NCBI GenBank assembly: GCA_964247055.1
Contig: OZ176055.1
Coordinates: 7,812,001-7,876,000 of the forward strand
Reading direction: 5' to 3'
DNA length: 64,000 nucleotides
DNA from: Paragordius varius
Lineage: Eukaryota > Animalia > Nematomorpha
Part shown: piece by piece, positions 62,327 to 64,000 of the stretch
Layout of the letters: each line of letters starts with the position of its first letter
Numbering within the stretch: the first letter of the stretch is position 1
Program-made: the position numbers and the translations under genes
The notes under the pieces: model-generated
What the model was told of the DNA's origin: nothing
Seen by the model: only the letters and a program-made list of their open reading frames with translations
Databases searched by the model: none

Positions 62327-62659
62327 TACCATTTACAATTCAAATTCACCCTTGATCAATTCAAATTCACCCTTAAACAATTCAAATTCACCCTCAAACA
62401 ATTCAAATTCACCCTTAAATAAATTATGAAATTTTGTTCTAATATAACTCATCAATAAAATTAATTATATTTTTATGGCAAAGTTTATTATTATATCAGT
62501 ATTTTTTAGATTACATACAAAGTTTTTTTTTTTGAAAAAATATAAAAAAATATAGGTAATATTTAATCTTAAAAAACACATAATTGATTTTAGGGTGAAA
62601 TTGAATTGTTCGAGGGTGAATTTGAATTGTTTAAGGGTGAATTTCAACTGTAAATGGTA
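62327..62659. mobile_element. MITE family B, best-preserved copy
   Basis: TA|TACCATTTACA ... TGTAAATGGTA|TA with four left and three right 21-bp units. Confidence 0.9.
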
Positions 62660-63189
62660 TATATAGTTTTAGTAACCCAAATAACCTTTGCCATCCAATC
62701 AAATCGCGCCCACTCAACTATCGTACTTTCAAGTTCCTGCTGATTTTTTAGATATAGTTTGGTTTTTAAACCAGCTAAATTAATTCTCAAATGGTAATTA
62801 AAAATCATCAACTTTACAAACATTTGTTAACAAGATTTGTGTAATTATAGAGGAAGAATATATTAATGAAAAAAATCCCGCATCTCCGATATTAAATCTG
62901 ACAGGATAGTGGAAAAATTTGTCTAAATTTATCGTAAAAAAGTGGACATTGTGAAAAAACATTATTTTTCTAGAATTGAATAGAAATGCCACATATAAAC
63001 TTACCACAAATTTTATTTAAAATATCGCAAATGTCGTTTTTTACTAGCTTGCATGAGTGAAACATTGCCAATTTTTCATTAAATATAGAGAAAGAGCATT
63101 ATTTTTTCATATTGCTTTTTACAAATGGGAGAAGGGCCATGTGAGACAAATTTATAACTTTCTCTATGAAGTGGTTTACTTTAAGCATT

Positions 63190-63340
63190 TATCTTGCCAG
63201 TTCGCGCTTTATTGTGTCAATCCATCTCGTTTTAGGGGGCCCACGTCCTTGTTTTAACTATATGTCATTATATGAATTTTGCAATCAAATGACATCATCT
63301 CCTTTAAATGTGACCAAACCAACACTATCTTTTTTGTCAT
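63190..63340 (-). mobile_element. RTE-clade LINE 3' remnant
   Basis: The - strand gives KR*CWFGHI*RR and KQGRGPPKTRWIDTIKRELAR, resembling RLxWFGHxxRR...RGRPxxRWxDxI; contains stops and frameshifts. Confidence 0.6.
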
Positions 63341-64000
63341 TTTTTCACCTATCGTTTTAATATCCGTGCCTCCAAAAAATAGTCACTCTAGTAAAGAACA
63401 ATTCTATTGGCTAAAAGGAAAAAAATCGCAAAAATACATATTTTTTATGTTAGTTTAAGCCAATCAACCATATTATACTCTACTGTAAATGCTAGCTGGC
63501 AATATTAAACAAAAAAACTTTTACGTTACATAATATGCAAAAATCTGTTCCTAAATTGTTTTTTTTACAACATTGACATAGAAACAAAATGCCATCCGAA
63601 AACTTTTATTAAATAATCCCACTCCCTTTGCGCACAATACACGAATGTTTGAGGTTCAAAGAAATTTATTTTTGACATTCCCCCTGGAATCAAACTTATT
63701 TAACATAATGAAACATTTAGCATAAGATCATGTATTTTATGCCTGTTAACATTTAGACCACAGGTCAGAAAAATGTTTTTAATAATGGTAAAGATTTATT
63801 GCTTTTTTCTTTTTCATAAAACAAATAATATCATCAATAAAAATAATTAAAAAGACACTTGAATTTTAATAATTATAAATGAATTATATAATTACCACAT
63901 AATTTTATCTATTAATATTAAACAATTAAATTAAAATCAATAATATAATTGTTTAATGATAATGATAATAATTAGTAAACTCACTTTTCTTTACTTGTTA

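Overview
Very AT-rich, intron-containing eukaryotic DNA, probably from an invertebrate animal (inferred from metazoan-like orthologues; taxon not determined). All coordinates were counted by hand. Host genes: a large coiled-coil protein running off the left edge (-), DDX20/Gemin3 (+), AP-3 delta adaptin AP3D1 (-, about 23.7 kb), an orphan signal-peptide protein (-), membrin/GOSR2 (+) and SCOC (-). Mobile DNA: a complete CACTA-ended Chapaev3/CMC-like element with a 3-bp TSD; a 9-kb double foldback complex inside one AP3D1 intron, carrying a nested Helitron; a decayed hAT with an 8-bp TSD, carrying a nested Penelope/retrozyme-like insertion with a type I hammerhead ribozyme; several MITE families; and RTE LINE remnants. 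Strongest signal: GT-AG micro-introns of 21-30 nt. Six interrupt the Chapaev-like transposase and three lie in host genes (AP3D1, SCOC). They coexist with ordinary introns of 63 nt to 10 kb, even within one pre-mRNA.
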